Source: Octopus vulgaris
Taxonomy: Eukaryota
DNA length: 64,000 bases
Reading direction: 5' to 3'
Assembly: GCA_951406725.2 (NCBI GenBank)
Contig: OX597831.1
Span: 20,150,001-20,214,000, forward strand
The position numbers and the translations under genes were made by a program. Shown here one piece after another: positions 1-12,534 of the stretch (its first letter is position 1; each line of letters opens with the position of its first letter). Below the pieces are notes generated by a model. The model saw nothing but the letters and a program-made list of their open reading frames with translations, was not told where the DNA came from and did not search any database.

Positions 1-999
1 TTTTGAAAAACAAGGAGGAATTCGCGGCGGTTTTCAGTGAACAAATTAAACACACTACTCGGTAGTGCCTAAAACGCAAACTGATCAAGTTTATGTATAA
101 ATTTTCTTTTTATATGTTTGTTTCCTTTCACACAATATTAAAACAACGACTAAAAATTTTCTGAAGCAGCAGCCCCACTAATTTTATCTACGTGTCGCCA
201 CTGGTTTTGAGTGAAAAAAAGGAAGCAAAACCAGAATCATAAATCCTACAGGAACGAAGACGGATGGTGGGGTGGACGGTGAAGAACACTGAGAATGTAG
301 ACATATCTAGAGAAAGAAGAAAAGAGAAAAAAAAAAGAAAAATGGAAAAAAAATCGAGAAAGTAGAAGCAAATAAGAAGAAAGAAATAAACGAAATGAAG
401 TAAAGAAGATAGTCAAAGAGCGTAAAGGAAGAGAAAAGTCGAGCAGACGAGATAGTCACGAGGTTACGGACGTTGATTAAAATAACTGACTGGGAAACGA
501 TGTGTGAGCTGTCGTTGTTGTTGTACATGAACGTTTTGAAGAAATGTTGCGCTGAGTAGAGAAGTTTACCTACTTTACTTAGCTAGTTCTAACTATCGGA
601 GTATATGTGTGTGTGTGTGCGTGCATAATTATATGTATGCATGTATGTGTTCATATATATATAGTCAGTGTGTATGTATGTGCGTGCGTGTACCTAATAC
701 ATTCTAAACTTGTGGAATGTTTCACATATTTTCACAGTTCCATTATTGGCTTCTAACTATAATTTCTTAGTTAACCGTGTCCTTTCTTATTTCATGAAGC
801 CCAAGTTCTCAAGATTGGTGATGAAATAATTAGTTACACAACCACATGTCCCCAAGAATTGCTGGTATCATAATTAGAGGTATAGCGTGTGTATAGTATT
901 GTATGGTATCCGTAGATTTCTCTTTGTTCGACGCTTATCTTGTCTTTCGCTTTTATCTCTAAAATTATGTTAAACAACAGTTCGATAAATAACTTGATA

Positions 1000-1420
1000 T
1001 GACAGTAAGAAGATTGGTTCGCAGTCGCATGGTCTGAAGTTCAGTCACACCGTGCGTCACTTGGGTAAATGCTGTTTAGTATAGCCCTGGGTTGAGCAAT
1101 GCTTTGTAAGTGGATTTAGTGTAGAGAAACTTGCGGAAGTCCGTTGAATGTGTGTGTCTACGCACGTATGAGTGTGACTCTGTGTTTGTAGTTCTACTCT
1201 GCCATCGTTGGGTAACCAATGTCGGTCTATTCTTTCCCACCGTCATGTGACAACCGGTGTCTCCGTAACCTAGTGGTTCGGCAAATGAGATCGATATAAT
1301 GAGTAGCAGACTTTAAGGAAAAAAATTAATACTGGGTTGATTAATCGACTAAAACCTTTCGAGGTGGTGTCCCAGTATGACCGCTATCCAGAAAGTGAAA
1401 CATGTAAAAGATAGAAAAAT
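1000..1420 (+). mobile_element. Diverged tRNA-derived SINE (dominant family 1)
   Basis: Degenerate match along its length to the 36641-37027 copy: gttcagtc B-box, 'tggattt', 'ggttcggcaaa', 'ggtggtgtcccagtatgaccgc'. Boundaries approximate. Confidence 0.7.
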
Positions 1421-1527
1421 AGAACCGTACAAAATTTTTCTCTTCTCCATCTTAGATCCTCATACCAGGTCAATTACGCTTGTATTTTACAGAGGTTTCC
1501 ATAGAAACATTCCACCAATCTACTTTC

Positions 1528-1720
1528 TCTGTGATTAAGGTGTTTGCTTTGCAACCACATGATTACAGGTTCAGTCCCACCGCGTGGCACCTTTGGATAG
1601 TATCTTCTGCTATAGCCTCGGTCGGACCAAAGCTTTGTGAGTGGATTTGGTAGACAGAAACTGAAAGAAACCCATCGTATATGTATGTGTGTGAGTGTGC
1701 GTGTTTGTGTGTGTGTGTGT
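1528..1720 (+). mobile_element. SINE family 1, 5' half
   Basis: 'caaccacatgattacaggttcagtcccac...tgagtggatttggtagacagaaactgaaagaa' followed by (TG)n, as in the 36641 copy. Confidence 0.8.
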
Positions 1721-2386
1721 GTATTAAGGTTACCATTGGTTTCGTGTTAAGAAAACTATCTTAATATCTAAACACTTTTCAAGCCCATCACATGGAGGAA
1801 TGGTGTTCGTCTCCATTTTTGAGCACTCATTCTTGTTCTTCGACATTTACATGTGTGTGTGTGTGTGCGTGTGTGTGTGTGTGTGTATGCATTGTTCCCA
1901 CTGCTTGACAACTGGTGTCAAATAGTTATGAGAGTCTGCCTGAGCAAAATAGGAACCATAGCCAGTGTTCCATAAATATTCTGCTTTTCGCTGATTTTTG
2001 AAGATAAATTCACACCGGTAGAGTAGCTAACATCTATGGCGATGCATGATTTTTTCTTTTCAAACCCAAATGTTAGATCTGCACTACCCCACGAGTGTAT
2101 GTGTGTATGCATGGACGTACACATGCACGTATGTTAGTTTATACATGCATATATTGTTGTATTTATGCATGTGTGTACTACGTACGTATGTATAAAATAT
2201 GTATGTCTGTAAGTACTTTCGTGTATATATGCACTATATATATAATACGTACTATGCATATGTGTGTGTATGTGTTTGTGTATGTGTGTTAATTAATTTG
2301 CTCTCATATAGTGGGAGTGGTTTCCTTTTAGCATACAAGTGTGTTTGTTTATTGCTGTTTATGTGTGGGTGTGTGGGTGTGGGTGT

Positions 2387-2424
<38 letters not shown>

Positions 2425-2617
2425 ATGTGTGCGTGCGGTTGGTATATGTGTTTGCGTATATATGCTCAACCAAGGAGCTTCAAATGGAAAATCCATGGAA
2501 TACTTTAACGTAAGCATGCAGGCAGGTATGTATGTATGTATTTATGTGTGTGTGTATATATATGCATCTATGTACGTATTATGTATGTGTATGTATGTAT
2601 GTATGTATGTATGAATG

Positions 2618-3455
2618 TACGAGGTCTGATCAATAAATACCGGACTATTGCCATCGTAAGCCATAGAAACGAAGCTAAAGCCCACAGAATGAAGCTGCTT
2701 GGCACAGATTGATGCTGTGCATGAGCATTAAGGTTTAACGTTCTAGCTCACATCTGCTATTTAGAGCAGTGCTTGAAAGGAACGTGTGTAGCGTGTGTTC
2801 CTCGCATGGACCATGACAAAGAAAGCTGTCATGTCGATACCTGCTCAGAGGCCTACGCAAAGTTGCAGAAAGTGCATGGAGAGGATTGTATGAGTCACAC
2901 ACAAGTGTACGAGTGGTTCAGACGTTTGCAAGACGGCTGAAAAAATGTCGATATTGATGAACGTTCTAGAGACCCGCAACTGAGAATAACATCGCAGTTG
3001 TGCGTGAAACTGAGAGGAGAAATCGTAGAGTCACCATCCGTGAGTTATCAGGGGATGTGCAAATGATCATTGAAGACTTGAATATGAGACACGTGTCCGC
3101 CAAGTTTGAGCCAAAACTTCTTTCAGCTGACCAAAAAGACACTCGGGTTCCAGTTGCACAAGATCTCTTTGATTGTGTCGAGATCGATGAAAACTTTTTG
3201 AAAACTTTGCTCAGGCCTCTGAGCAGGTATCGCCAAGCTTTTGGCAAAATTTGATGCAGATTCTCTGCTCAACTTTCTCTGTCATGGTCAATGCGACGAT
3301 CATACGCTACACACGTTTCTTCCAAGCTAGAACGTTAAAACTTAGTGCGCATGCACAGCAGAGTTCAAGGTCAATCTGCGCCATGTGGCTTTACTCTGTG
3401 TGCTTTAGCTTCGTTACTATGGTAACAGTCTTTCCCAATTGTTTGAATTCTTCCT
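2618..3455 (+). mobile_element. Internally deleted mariner-type DNA transposon with long inverted repeats
   Basis: Starts TA-CGAGGTCTG. About 100-bp inverted repeats (~2660-2750 vs ~3325-3425). Transposase remnants 'MSHTQVYEWFRR...DERS' (HTH) and 'LNMRHVSAKFEPKLL' (WVPHEL-like), broken by stops and frameshifts. Confidence 0.75.
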
Positions 3456-3540
3456 GTGAGGAAGGAGCTGGTTTCTCACAAAGAACAGAAACTCCATCAC
3501 TGGAATTTGGGTAACAAAAATGACAAGTGTTGTATGTATG

Positions 3541-3574
<34 letters not shown>

Positions 3575-4680
3575 TGTATGTATGTATGTATGTATGTGTG
3601 TGTGTGTGTATGTGTGTATGTATGTATGTTTGTATGTATAATGCATTATGTGTATGTATGTATGCATGTTTGTATGAATGTGTGTGTATGTACGTTTGTA
3701 TTTTGTATGTATGTATGTGTGTATGCTTGCAGGTGTGTATATATGTATGTGTTTTGTATTATGTGTGTAGGTATGCATGTTTGTTTGTATACATATATAT
3801 ATATGTATATGTGTATTTATGTATGTATGTTTCTTGTCTATATGTAGGTGTGCATATGTATATATACGTGTTTATGCATATATTTGTGTGTGTATGTATG
3901 TATGTATGTGTATGTATGCGCGTATATAAGTATGTACATGCATGTGCATATATGTATGTATTTATGCAAGTGCATATGTGCATGTGTGTGTGAGTATGTA
4001 TAAGTCTAAAGGTATGTATATATATATATATTGTATGTGCAGGCATGCAAGTCTGTGCATGTATGTATGAATGCGTGCGAACTGGTCTAAATACTGACAC
4101 TGATAACTTAAAACTGGGTGCCGCGAAAAGTGATGGAGCCGGGTGGCAGTTGGAGGTTGGAGCAGGACGATGATTTGTATTAAAAGTGATGGGGGGAGGA
4201 GGGTAGGAGTAATGATACTGATAGCAGTATCAGTGGTCGTAGTGGTGGTGGCCGTGGTGGTGATGGTTGTAGCCGTGGTATCCTGATGCTGAGTTGATGA
4301 TGGTTTTGGTGATGACGATGCTGCCACTACTGCTGCTAGTCCTGCTGGTTGTATTGTTACTGGTTGTGTGGGTGGTGGTGGTAGTGGTGGTGATGCTGCT
4401 GCTGCTGCTACTGCTGCTGCTATTGCTGATAGTGTTCGTGCTGATGCTGTTAACAGTAATGATGAGGATGCTGGTGTTATCCAGCCTCATATCAGTCTTG
4501 ACTGAACTGATCAGTGATCAAAGATGTTCCAACCATGATCATCCCATCTTTCCATTCGGCATTGTCTATCTTGGCCTACAACATAAAAAGTGTCCTACTC
4601 TTTTCAAAACGGTGTGATGTAAAAAGGGAGTAATTTAGTTACTAAACAAGCCGAGCGAGTGTGAAAGCAGTGGTGACTGC

Positions 4681-4717
<37 letters not shown>

Positions 4718-4736
4718 CACACAAATATATATATAT

Positions 4737-4912
4737 TCTGAGACGACCTTCGGTCACAACACAGACCATGGGGCTGCACCTACAAAGTGACCCACCCAGG
4801 CACAAGTCCGGGCAAGGTTATTTATGGAAGACTAGCAGTCGCCCATGCATACCAGCCTCCCCTCTCCACGCCACCAGTGTTATCCAAGGGAAAGGCAATG
4901 GGGCCGATACAG
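4737..4912 (-). mobile_element. Unclassified interspersed-repeat fragment replacing the 3' end of LINE A
   Basis: LINE A ORF2 homology stops at 'LRNLHK' (~4915) and is followed by unrelated GC-rich sequence. The expected 'PDEP...SNSL' tail and 3' stem-loop are absent. Confidence 0.45.
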
Positions 4913-7745
4913 CTTTGTGCAAGTTCCTCAGACTCTTTGGGAGAATATTAAAAAGCTGTGTGCCCTTGAAACCCAGGCTGTTGCAGAAGCTAGTCCTGAA
5001 GCGTGATGGCATTGCTGGGATCTTTGGCACTATGCAGTGTCGTCCCATTCTAGCATTGGTGTAGCTTACAATGCCAAAATTTGGCACAATTCCATCCAGG
5101 ATCTTCCAGACATATATTACTGCATACCTCTCCCGTCTTCTCTCCAGGGAGTAGAGTCTTAGCTGTTTCAACCTTTCCCAGTAGCTGAGCTGTTGTAAAG
5201 AGACGATCTTCTTTGTGAATCTTCTCTGGATTGCTTCAAGGTCCGCTGTTAATTTTACACTGGTGGGTGACCATAGCTGTGAGCAGTAATCCAGGCGATT
5301 GAGGACGAATGTCCGCCAGAGGACCATCATGGTTTCCTTATCTCTGGTTCTGAATGTTCTTAGGATCCACCCAGCCAGTCGTCTGCACTTTGTCGCCATC
5401 CTGGTAATGTGCATTTGGAAACAGGTATCATCACTCATGTCGATACCCAGGTCCCTCACAGACTTAGGCTCTGGGATTGAAATTCCCTGTGGACCGGTGT
5501 ATCCTGTAAGTTTAATATTCAGTTTTGGATGCTGGTAGCGCAGGGCCTGGAATTTATCAGCATTAAACTGAATATTATTATCCTCAGCCCATCTGTAGAT
5601 TGAGTCCAACTCCTGCTGCAGGTGTGCAACATCGCTGGGGTTCTGTATTTTCTGCGAGACTTTCGTATCGTCTGCATAGCTGGCCAGAGTGGCTATCCGG
5701 GCATTTGAGGGCATATCTGAGAGGGCCACTATAAAAAAGCAGTGGTCCCTAGACAGTGCCCTGTGGAACACCGCTCACTATTTGTGTCTTCATAGAGGTG
5801 GCTCCATTAACCACTACTGCCTGACTCCTATCTTTCAGGAAGTCATGCAACCACACTCCAAGTTTTCCAGCTATGCCGAGGTCACGTAGTTTGTGGCATA
5901 TCATACCATGATCCACCTTGTCAAAAGCTTTTGCAAAATCAAGGTAGATTACGTCCACATTTGATTTGCTGAGTAACTGCCTCAATACCCAGTCATAATG
6001 CTGTAAGAGCTGGGTCAGACAGCTCCTACCTGGTCGAAAACCATGCTGGGTATTACTCAACAAGTTATTTTCCTCAAGGAATGCGATTAGTTTCTTTCTG
6101 ACTATCCGTTCCATGACTTTGCTGATGTGTGAAGTCAGAGAGATAGGCCTATAGTTTTTGGCATCTGCTCTACTTCCCCCTTTATGTATTGGGCATATTA
6201 TTCCCTCCTTCAGCTTGCTTGGTAGTTTGCCATTCGCAAGAAAGCTCTTGAAGAGAATCTTGAGGGGTTTTGCCAGGGCATGCTTACACGCTTTGAGGAG
6301 GATGGCTGGGAATCCATCTGGACCTGCAGCTGAGTTTGTGTCCACTTCATCTATGGCTAGTAGGACATCTTTTTCGCTAATGTCAATACATTCTAATGTA
6401 ACCGCCTCGCTGGTTATAGGTGAGGCGGCAAAGAAGTCCATTGGTTCGTTCACTTGTCTGTGTTCCAACGGGGTGGTAAAGACACTTTTGAACTGGTCAT
6501 TCAGCATCTCACTGATCATAGTTGGACTGTCTGTGAGGGAACCATGCTTTTGGAGGAGGGGTCCTATCTTGTAGTGCACTGAGACTGTTTCTTTCGCGTA
6601 ATGAAAGAAGGCCTTTGGGTTTGATTTAATGTTTTTTATAACCCAGGCTTCTTTGTCTGCTTTCTCCTTCACATAGGATTGGTGCAGCCTTTTTTCGATC
6701 TCCATCAGTGTTGTTTTGCTACTTTTGGGATATTGGTTGAGACGATTTGCAACCTTCGTCCGTCGTCTCATGAGGATCTTACTGTCTCTTGGAATCGTGC
6801 TCCTATTTGTTTTGGCCTTGTGCTCTGGGACATATTTATGGCATACGGCTTGCACAGAAGACATGAAACATTCTAGTTTCATGTCAATGTCTGGTGTGGA
6901 GAGACATTCCGGCCAGTCCTCTCTGAGGATCTCTTTTTGGATCAATTTCCAATCTGCTTTGTGGAAGTTCAGATTGGAGAGATTTCGTGTGCTTCCTTTA
7001 GGCTGTATGTCTCTGGTTACTTTCGGCCCAAACATAGACAGCTCTATTATGTTGTGATCCGAAACTGATGTCGGTGTCACTTTCACATCATGAATGATGT
7101 CCATATTGTTCGTGAAGCAGAGATGCAGAATGTTATTCGCCCTAGTTGGCTTGAGTACAAGTTGCTCCATGAATAAGGCATTGGTGAGGTTGAGCAGGGA
7201 CTCCACCTGTACTTGCTTGCAATGATTCATTCCTGAGAGTATGTGACCTTTGGGCCATTTGACGTTGGGGAAGTTGAAATCACCCATAAGAAATATGGTC
7301 ACGTGGTGTTTCAGATTCATGAGGATTTCTTTAATTCTTGTGAGGCAATCTTCAAACTTGCCTATATGATTTGGGGCATCCGGTGGGCAATATGTATTGC
7401 ATATGACTAAATTTTGTTGTCTTATGTATACAATTAAGGTGTCACATACCGAATTTGAGTATGTCATCAAGACCTGGGGTGTGAGGTCATCTCGGATGTA
7501 TACAGCAACTCCACCATGGCTCCTTTCCCTTCTGTCTGTTCGCAGTATGACATAGTTTGGTATGTGTACTTCTGCGTCCTCTATATCAAGGTTGAGGTGA
7601 GTTTCCACAAGTGCTATGCATGGGGCTTGATTGCATGCAGTAAGATCTCTCAGGAAAGAAATTTTGTTTCTATTTTGATGCAACAGGCCCCCAATATTTA
7701 GTAAAAGTATTGGTGTGACGGCTGTGCAGGCGTTAGGGGAGGCCA
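4913..7745 (-). pseudogene. LINE A ORF2: apurinic endonuclease plus reverse transcriptase, frameshifted near 5755
   Basis: APE motifs LLLNIGGL, ETH, GDFN, SDH. RT motifs NYRPISLTS, QHGFR, YLDFAKAFD, SGVPQG, YADD. C-terminal 'LYSLERRRERY'. Confidence 0.92.
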
Positions 7746-7749
7746 TCCC

Positions 7750-8643
7750 GTGTCTGTTGACTGTGGTGGTCTTGCATAGTGGTAGGCAGGGTTCCTTCTC
7801 TGTGCTTGGTGTAGCCAGGTTAGCTGCCGGACAATTCTTTCCGCCATGCATAAAAAGACTCTTGCTCAGCTGCTGCGTTGCGCAGAACATCTGAGGAACG
7901 CACTTCGTTTTTGAAAGTTTTCCTGGGAGACATTTCTTGTGTTCCCTCGGTAAAGTTTTTCTCTTTGAGTCCCCTGAGGTTCTGGCGGGGTGTCGGGTGG
8001 GCGAACCGGCAGTTTTTGCCGTCCTCACCATGCCAACATTTGCCCCGCAGGTAGAACTTTCAGGTTCTTCGGTGCCTTCTAGATTTCTTCTTTCCTGAAG
8101 TGTACTGGGTGGCATTGGATCCTCCATGGGGTTCTTTGCTGTTTGTGTGGTGGGTTGGGGTTTCAGCTATGGTTGTTTTGCCTTTTCCCTCCTTATTTTT
8201 GTTTTCGGTCCTTCCTTTTTTCTTCTGTTTTTCTAATTTTTCATTTCTTCGTAGGACCACTGGTACAGGGGGGGCTTCCGGTTTCTGTTCCCTTGTCTCC
8301 CCTATCCTTCACTACTTGGTCGTTCACCGGGGTAGGTGATCCATTTTCCTGAGGAACCCCTGGATCACAGAGACTTCCAGGTTCCTTCTCTTTTTCGTCC
8401 TCTTCATCCTCATCAGCTTTGCCACAATAATCTTCATTTATGTTGTCCAGTGTTTTGATGTGTAGTCTTATAAGCATGTAAGACCGGATAAACTCATTTT
8501 TCTTCCGCTCTTTCTGGTCAATGGTTCTATGAAAACCATTGTTTTTTAGCGCAGCAGTGGTGATGTTGTTCGGCGGATCGCCACTAGCAATTTTCCATGC
8601 TCTTAGCAGAAGATCTATCTCTTTTTTTCCCACCTTGGTGCCA
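7750..8643 (-). pseudogene. LINE A ORF1 remnant (Myb/SANT-like N-terminus, CCCH finger)
   Basis: 'MAPRWEKK/EIDLLLRAW...FHRTIDQ' across a frameshift. '*KFYLRGKCWHGEDGKNCRFAH' at ~8062-7997 is homologous to the LINE C finger. Confidence 0.65.
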
Positions 8644-9178
8644 TCTTCGTTTTGAAGTCCAGAGGGGCAGTAGAGGCTAGAGAGGTAATGAGGGATAGAG
8701 AGAGGTAGAGATAGAGAAACACAGAGGGGGGAATAGGGAAAGAGAGAGGGAGATAGGAAGGAAAGAGAGAGGTGCTATGAAAGAAATCGAGAGGGTGATA
8801 GGAGGAAAGCAAGGGGGTGTGGTGTGTTAAAGAGATAGAGGAAGGTAGGGGGAGAGGAGGGGAATAGAAGGAGAGACAGAGTGAAGGAGAAGAGGGAAAG
8901 AGAAAGAGAGGCAGAGTGAAGGAGAGTAGGGGAAGAGAAAGAGAAACAGAGGGGAGGAGAGGATAGCAAAAGAAAGAGAGACAGAGTGAAGGAGAGACAG
9001 AATGAAGGATGTGAGAGAGAGGGAGAGACGGAGTGAGAAGAATGGGCGGATGAGAAGTATATGAGAGAGAGGGTGGGGTGACGAGAGGAGAGGTAGATGT
9101 AAGATGGAAAGGAAAGAGAAATGAGAGAAGAGGAGGATATGAAAGGGAGGAGGGGAGATGAGAAAAAGAGTAAGATAT

Positions 9179-9976
9179 GTAACTGAGATGTTAGCCTAAA
9201 AATTTAATAAACAAACAATCGTAACTGAGATGTTAGCCTAAAAAATTTATAAACAAACAATCGTAACCAAGATGTTAGCCTAAAAAATTGATAAACAAAC
9301 AATCGTAACTGAGATGTTAGCTTAAAAAATCAATAAACAAACAATCGCATCCGAGATGTTAGCCTAAAAAATTAATAAACAAACAATCGTAACCGAGATG
9401 TTAGCCTAAAAAATTAATAAACAAACAATCGTATCTGAGTAGTTAGCCTAAAAAATTAATAAACAAACAATCGTAACCGAGATGTTAGCCTAAAAAATTA
9501 ATAAACAAACAATCGTATCTGAGTTGTTAGCCTAAAAAATTAATAAACAAACAATCGTAACTGAGATGTTAGCCTAAAAAATTAATAAACAAACAATCGT
9601 AACCGAGATGTTAGCCTAAAAAATTAATAAACAAACAATCGTATTTGAGTTGTTAGCCTAAAAAGTTAATAAACAAACAATCGTATCTGAGTTGTTAGCC
9701 TAAAAAATTAATAAACAAACAATCGTATCTGAGTTGTTAGCCTAAAAAATTAATAAACAAACAATCGTATCTGAGATGTTAGCCTAAAAAATTAATAAAC
9801 AAACAATCGTAACCGAGATGTTAACCTAAAAAATTAATAAACAAACAATCGTATCTGAGTTGTTAGCCTAAAAACTTAATAAACAAACAATCGTAACCGA
9901 GATGTTAGCCTAAAAAATTAATAAACAAACAATCGTAACTGAGATGTTAGCTTAAAAAATTAATAAACAGACAATT
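9179..9976. repeat. Minisatellite, 19 tandem copies of a 42-bp unit
   Basis: Unit GTA(A/T)C(C/T)GAG(A/T)TGTTAGCCTAAAAAATTAATAAACAAACAATC. Unit starts at 9179, 9221 ... 9935 with an exact 42-bp period. Confidence 0.97.
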
Positions 9977-10303
9977 GCATGCGATACTTATCTTGAAAAG
10001 TACAGTCCAAACACACGTGCTTGTACGAAGAAATTTTCTTTCACGAGAAGATTTGTCACCATGTGCTTTTCGGCGAATATTCTAGCATGCGTAACCAAAT
10101 TTACTGTATTATATTTGGCTTTAGGCGAAATATATTACGTTTATAATTAATATATTTTCAATTAAAGTATTTTAGTAGACTTTATGAGTTAACATGTTTC
10201 TACTTTTTGTTACTTTTAGTAGAATATTTCGTCGATTTATGCAAACCTTTCTGTTTTTTCACAGAGCAAAAGCAAACACGCCTTTCCTCCACGAAAACCG
10301 GAA

Positions 10304-10363
<60 letters not shown>

Positions 10364-10610
10364 ATATATAGAGGGAATTATTATACATACATGCCACACG
10401 CTTAAGTTTTCCTTATTAAGAAGTTGTCCTTAATTGCTATATATATATATATATATATATATACACAACGACCTCGAACACACAAGTGCAAACAAGAGAG
10501 ACAGAGAAAGGCAGAAACAAGGAAAATGCCACTTATATTTGAACACTATACAAATATTCCTTTAAAAAACTTTTCATTTAATTTTTCTAAATTTAATTAT
10601 TTAATCGTTA

Positions 10611-10648
10611 CAGTTGAAAAGGTCTCAAAATGACCGAAACCGGTACTG
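10611..10648 (+). ncRNA. Degenerate minimal hammerhead ribozyme motif (Penelope-like relic)
   Basis: cag-TTGAAAA-ggtc(tcaaaat)gacc-GAAA-ccgg-TA-ctg. Type I architecture with two changes from the CTGANGA core. Confidence 0.5.
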
Positions 10649-10690
10649 AAATTATAAAATTATTTTAGCATTTTCTATCTTGACTTGTGT

Positions 10691-10726
<36 letters not shown>

Positions 10727-11006
10727 CATTTTATAAAAGGCTTAGTAAAATAAATTACTTTGCCACATACTGAACTCATTAGAAATAGCAGCCAAAAAAA
10801 AGATTTTTTAGCCATTTCTAATACTTAAAGAAAATTTCTCTCAGATAGTGTTTACTCAAAATAACCCACGAAGGTATGGGGGTAAAAACATTAAAAAATC
10901 ACAAGTGCAAAGATTATTTGAGAACATTCGCCTTAAATGGTCCCTTTACATACTGAATACTTGGTGAAATTGATTAATAATTAATTAATTTTACCCTCAA
11001 TTGTTG

Positions 11007-11107
<101 letters not shown>

Positions 11108-11289
11108 GCAACGTGCGCTTTGGACCAGCCCTAGGCGCTAAATACATGTAGGAGTGGTTTTCTTTCTGTGCACTACCTGAATACTTTACTGGGTGTGCTT
11201 TAGTACCCAGAACAGCTTAATTCAACCCAACCAGGTGCATATCATTTAAGTGCCCGATTCTTTCCAGAATCCTTAATAGTGTGTGTGTG

Positions 11290-11510
11290 TGTGTCTGTGT
11301 GTGTCTCATTGTGTGTCTCATTGTGTGTGTCGCCTCGCTTAACAACCGAAGTTGGTGTGTTAACGTCCCTGTAACTTAGCAGTTTGGCAAAATAAATCCA
11401 TAGAATATGTACTAGGCTTACAAAGAATAAGTCCTGGAGTCGATTTCTTTTAGGCCATGCTCCAGCATAGCCGCAGTAGAATGATTGAAACACGTAGAAG
11501 AGTAAAATAA
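11290..11510 (+). mobile_element. SINE family 1, 3' half
   Basis: 'aacaaccgaagttggtgtgtt...gtactaggcttacaaagaataagtcc...ccagcatagccgcagt' matches the family-1 3' region. Confidence 0.75.
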
Positions 11511-11534
11511 AACAGCGTGACTGTATTAAATAAC

Positions 11535-11725
11535 AATATTCTTTTCTATTCTAGTCACAAAGCCCAAAACTTTTGGGTAGGGGGCCGGTCGATTAGATCG
11601 ACCCTAGTACGCAACTAGTACTTAATTTATCGATCCCGAAAGGATGAAAGCCAAAGTCGATCCCCGGCGGAATTTGAAGGCAGACCGTAAAGACAGACAA
11701 AACACCTCTAAGCATTTCGCCTGCC
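11535..11725 (-). mobile_element. tRNA-derived SINE family 2
   Basis: Reverse complement contains 'ttcaaattccgccggggatcgactttggctttcatcctttcgggatcgataaattaagtactag', shared with 11870-12070 and 40390-40585. Confidence 0.75.
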
Positions 11726-11867
11726 GTGGTTCAGCAAAAGAGAGCGATAGAGTAAGTATAAGCTTCAAAAAAAGAAAAAGAATACTGGGATCGATCGATT
11801 CGTCCGACTAAAATCCCTTCAAGGTGGTGTCCCAGCATGACCGCAGTCGACTGATAAAGATAAAGCC

Positions 11868-12068
11868 ATGAGGTCTGAAATTTGCGTGATGGGGGCAAGT
11901 CGATTACATCGACTCCGGTGCTCAACTAGTACTTATTTTATCGAAACCTCGAAAGGATGAAAGGCAAAGTCGACGTCGGCGGCATTTGAACTCAAAGCGT
12001 AAGAAACAGGAAGAAATGCTGCTAAACATTTTGTGCCACGCGCTAACGATTCTACCAGCATGCCGCCT
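11868..12068 (-). mobile_element. tRNA-derived SINE family 2
   Basis: Reverse complement: A-box-like 'ctggtagaatcgttagc', B-box 'gagttcaaatgcc', central 'gtcgactttgcctttcatcctttcgagg'. Confidence 0.8.
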
Positions 12069-12480
12069 TAACAAAGACACTATGAACGCTTCTATGAAGA
12101 ACATTGCTTTCCACGTACAGAAGAATTTTTATTTTTCGCTTTGTTAGACTCACCATATTGCTCCTAGCAGACCCCACCGTCACGTCCCCAAAACTACCTC
12201 AATTATAAATATGTTTTGGTGGCTGTAATATATTATTTAAGGGTCATTTCATATCTGGCATTCGTTCTCCAGTTACTAATAGCAACAGGCACGTGACGTT
12301 ATCGTATGTTTCCATGGAGCGAGTTCTCCTACGACGTGAACGCCAACCTGGTGTACATTAAGAGTGCGTTCTATTGGAAAAGGGAAATTTTTAGGATCAC
12401 AGGGGGAAATGGAAGGAACCGATGCGTGTGAAAGGTAACAGACCTTGTGTCTAAGTGTGTTGCATGATTAATTCTTGTGT

Positions 12481-12534
<54 letters not shown>

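Larger units (their letters stand above)
4913..10306 (-). mobile_element. CR1-group non-LTR retrotransposon (LINE A), degenerate, probably 5'-complete and 3'-truncated
   Basis: ORF1 remnants at 8643-7750, APE-RT ORF2 downstream, long putative 5'UTR with pyrimidine tract and 42-bp array. The 5' leader at 10225-10306 is homologous to 60069-60145 and abuts (TA)n. Inclusion of 8650-10306 in the element is inferred. Confidence 0.75.

Noticed and set aside
4230-4617. Hydrophobic poly-L/V ORF resembling a membrane protein
   Set aside because: It is a product of mixed trinucleotide repeats (GTG/CTG/GAT).
9179-9976. CRISPR array
   Set aside because: Units are contiguous with no unique spacers, there are no cas genes, and the context is eukaryotic.
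12273-12434. Possible plus-strand exon (ttctccag ... aag|gtaaca)
   Set aside because: Splice-like ends are present, but I found no open frame across it, no recognisable protein and no partner exon.
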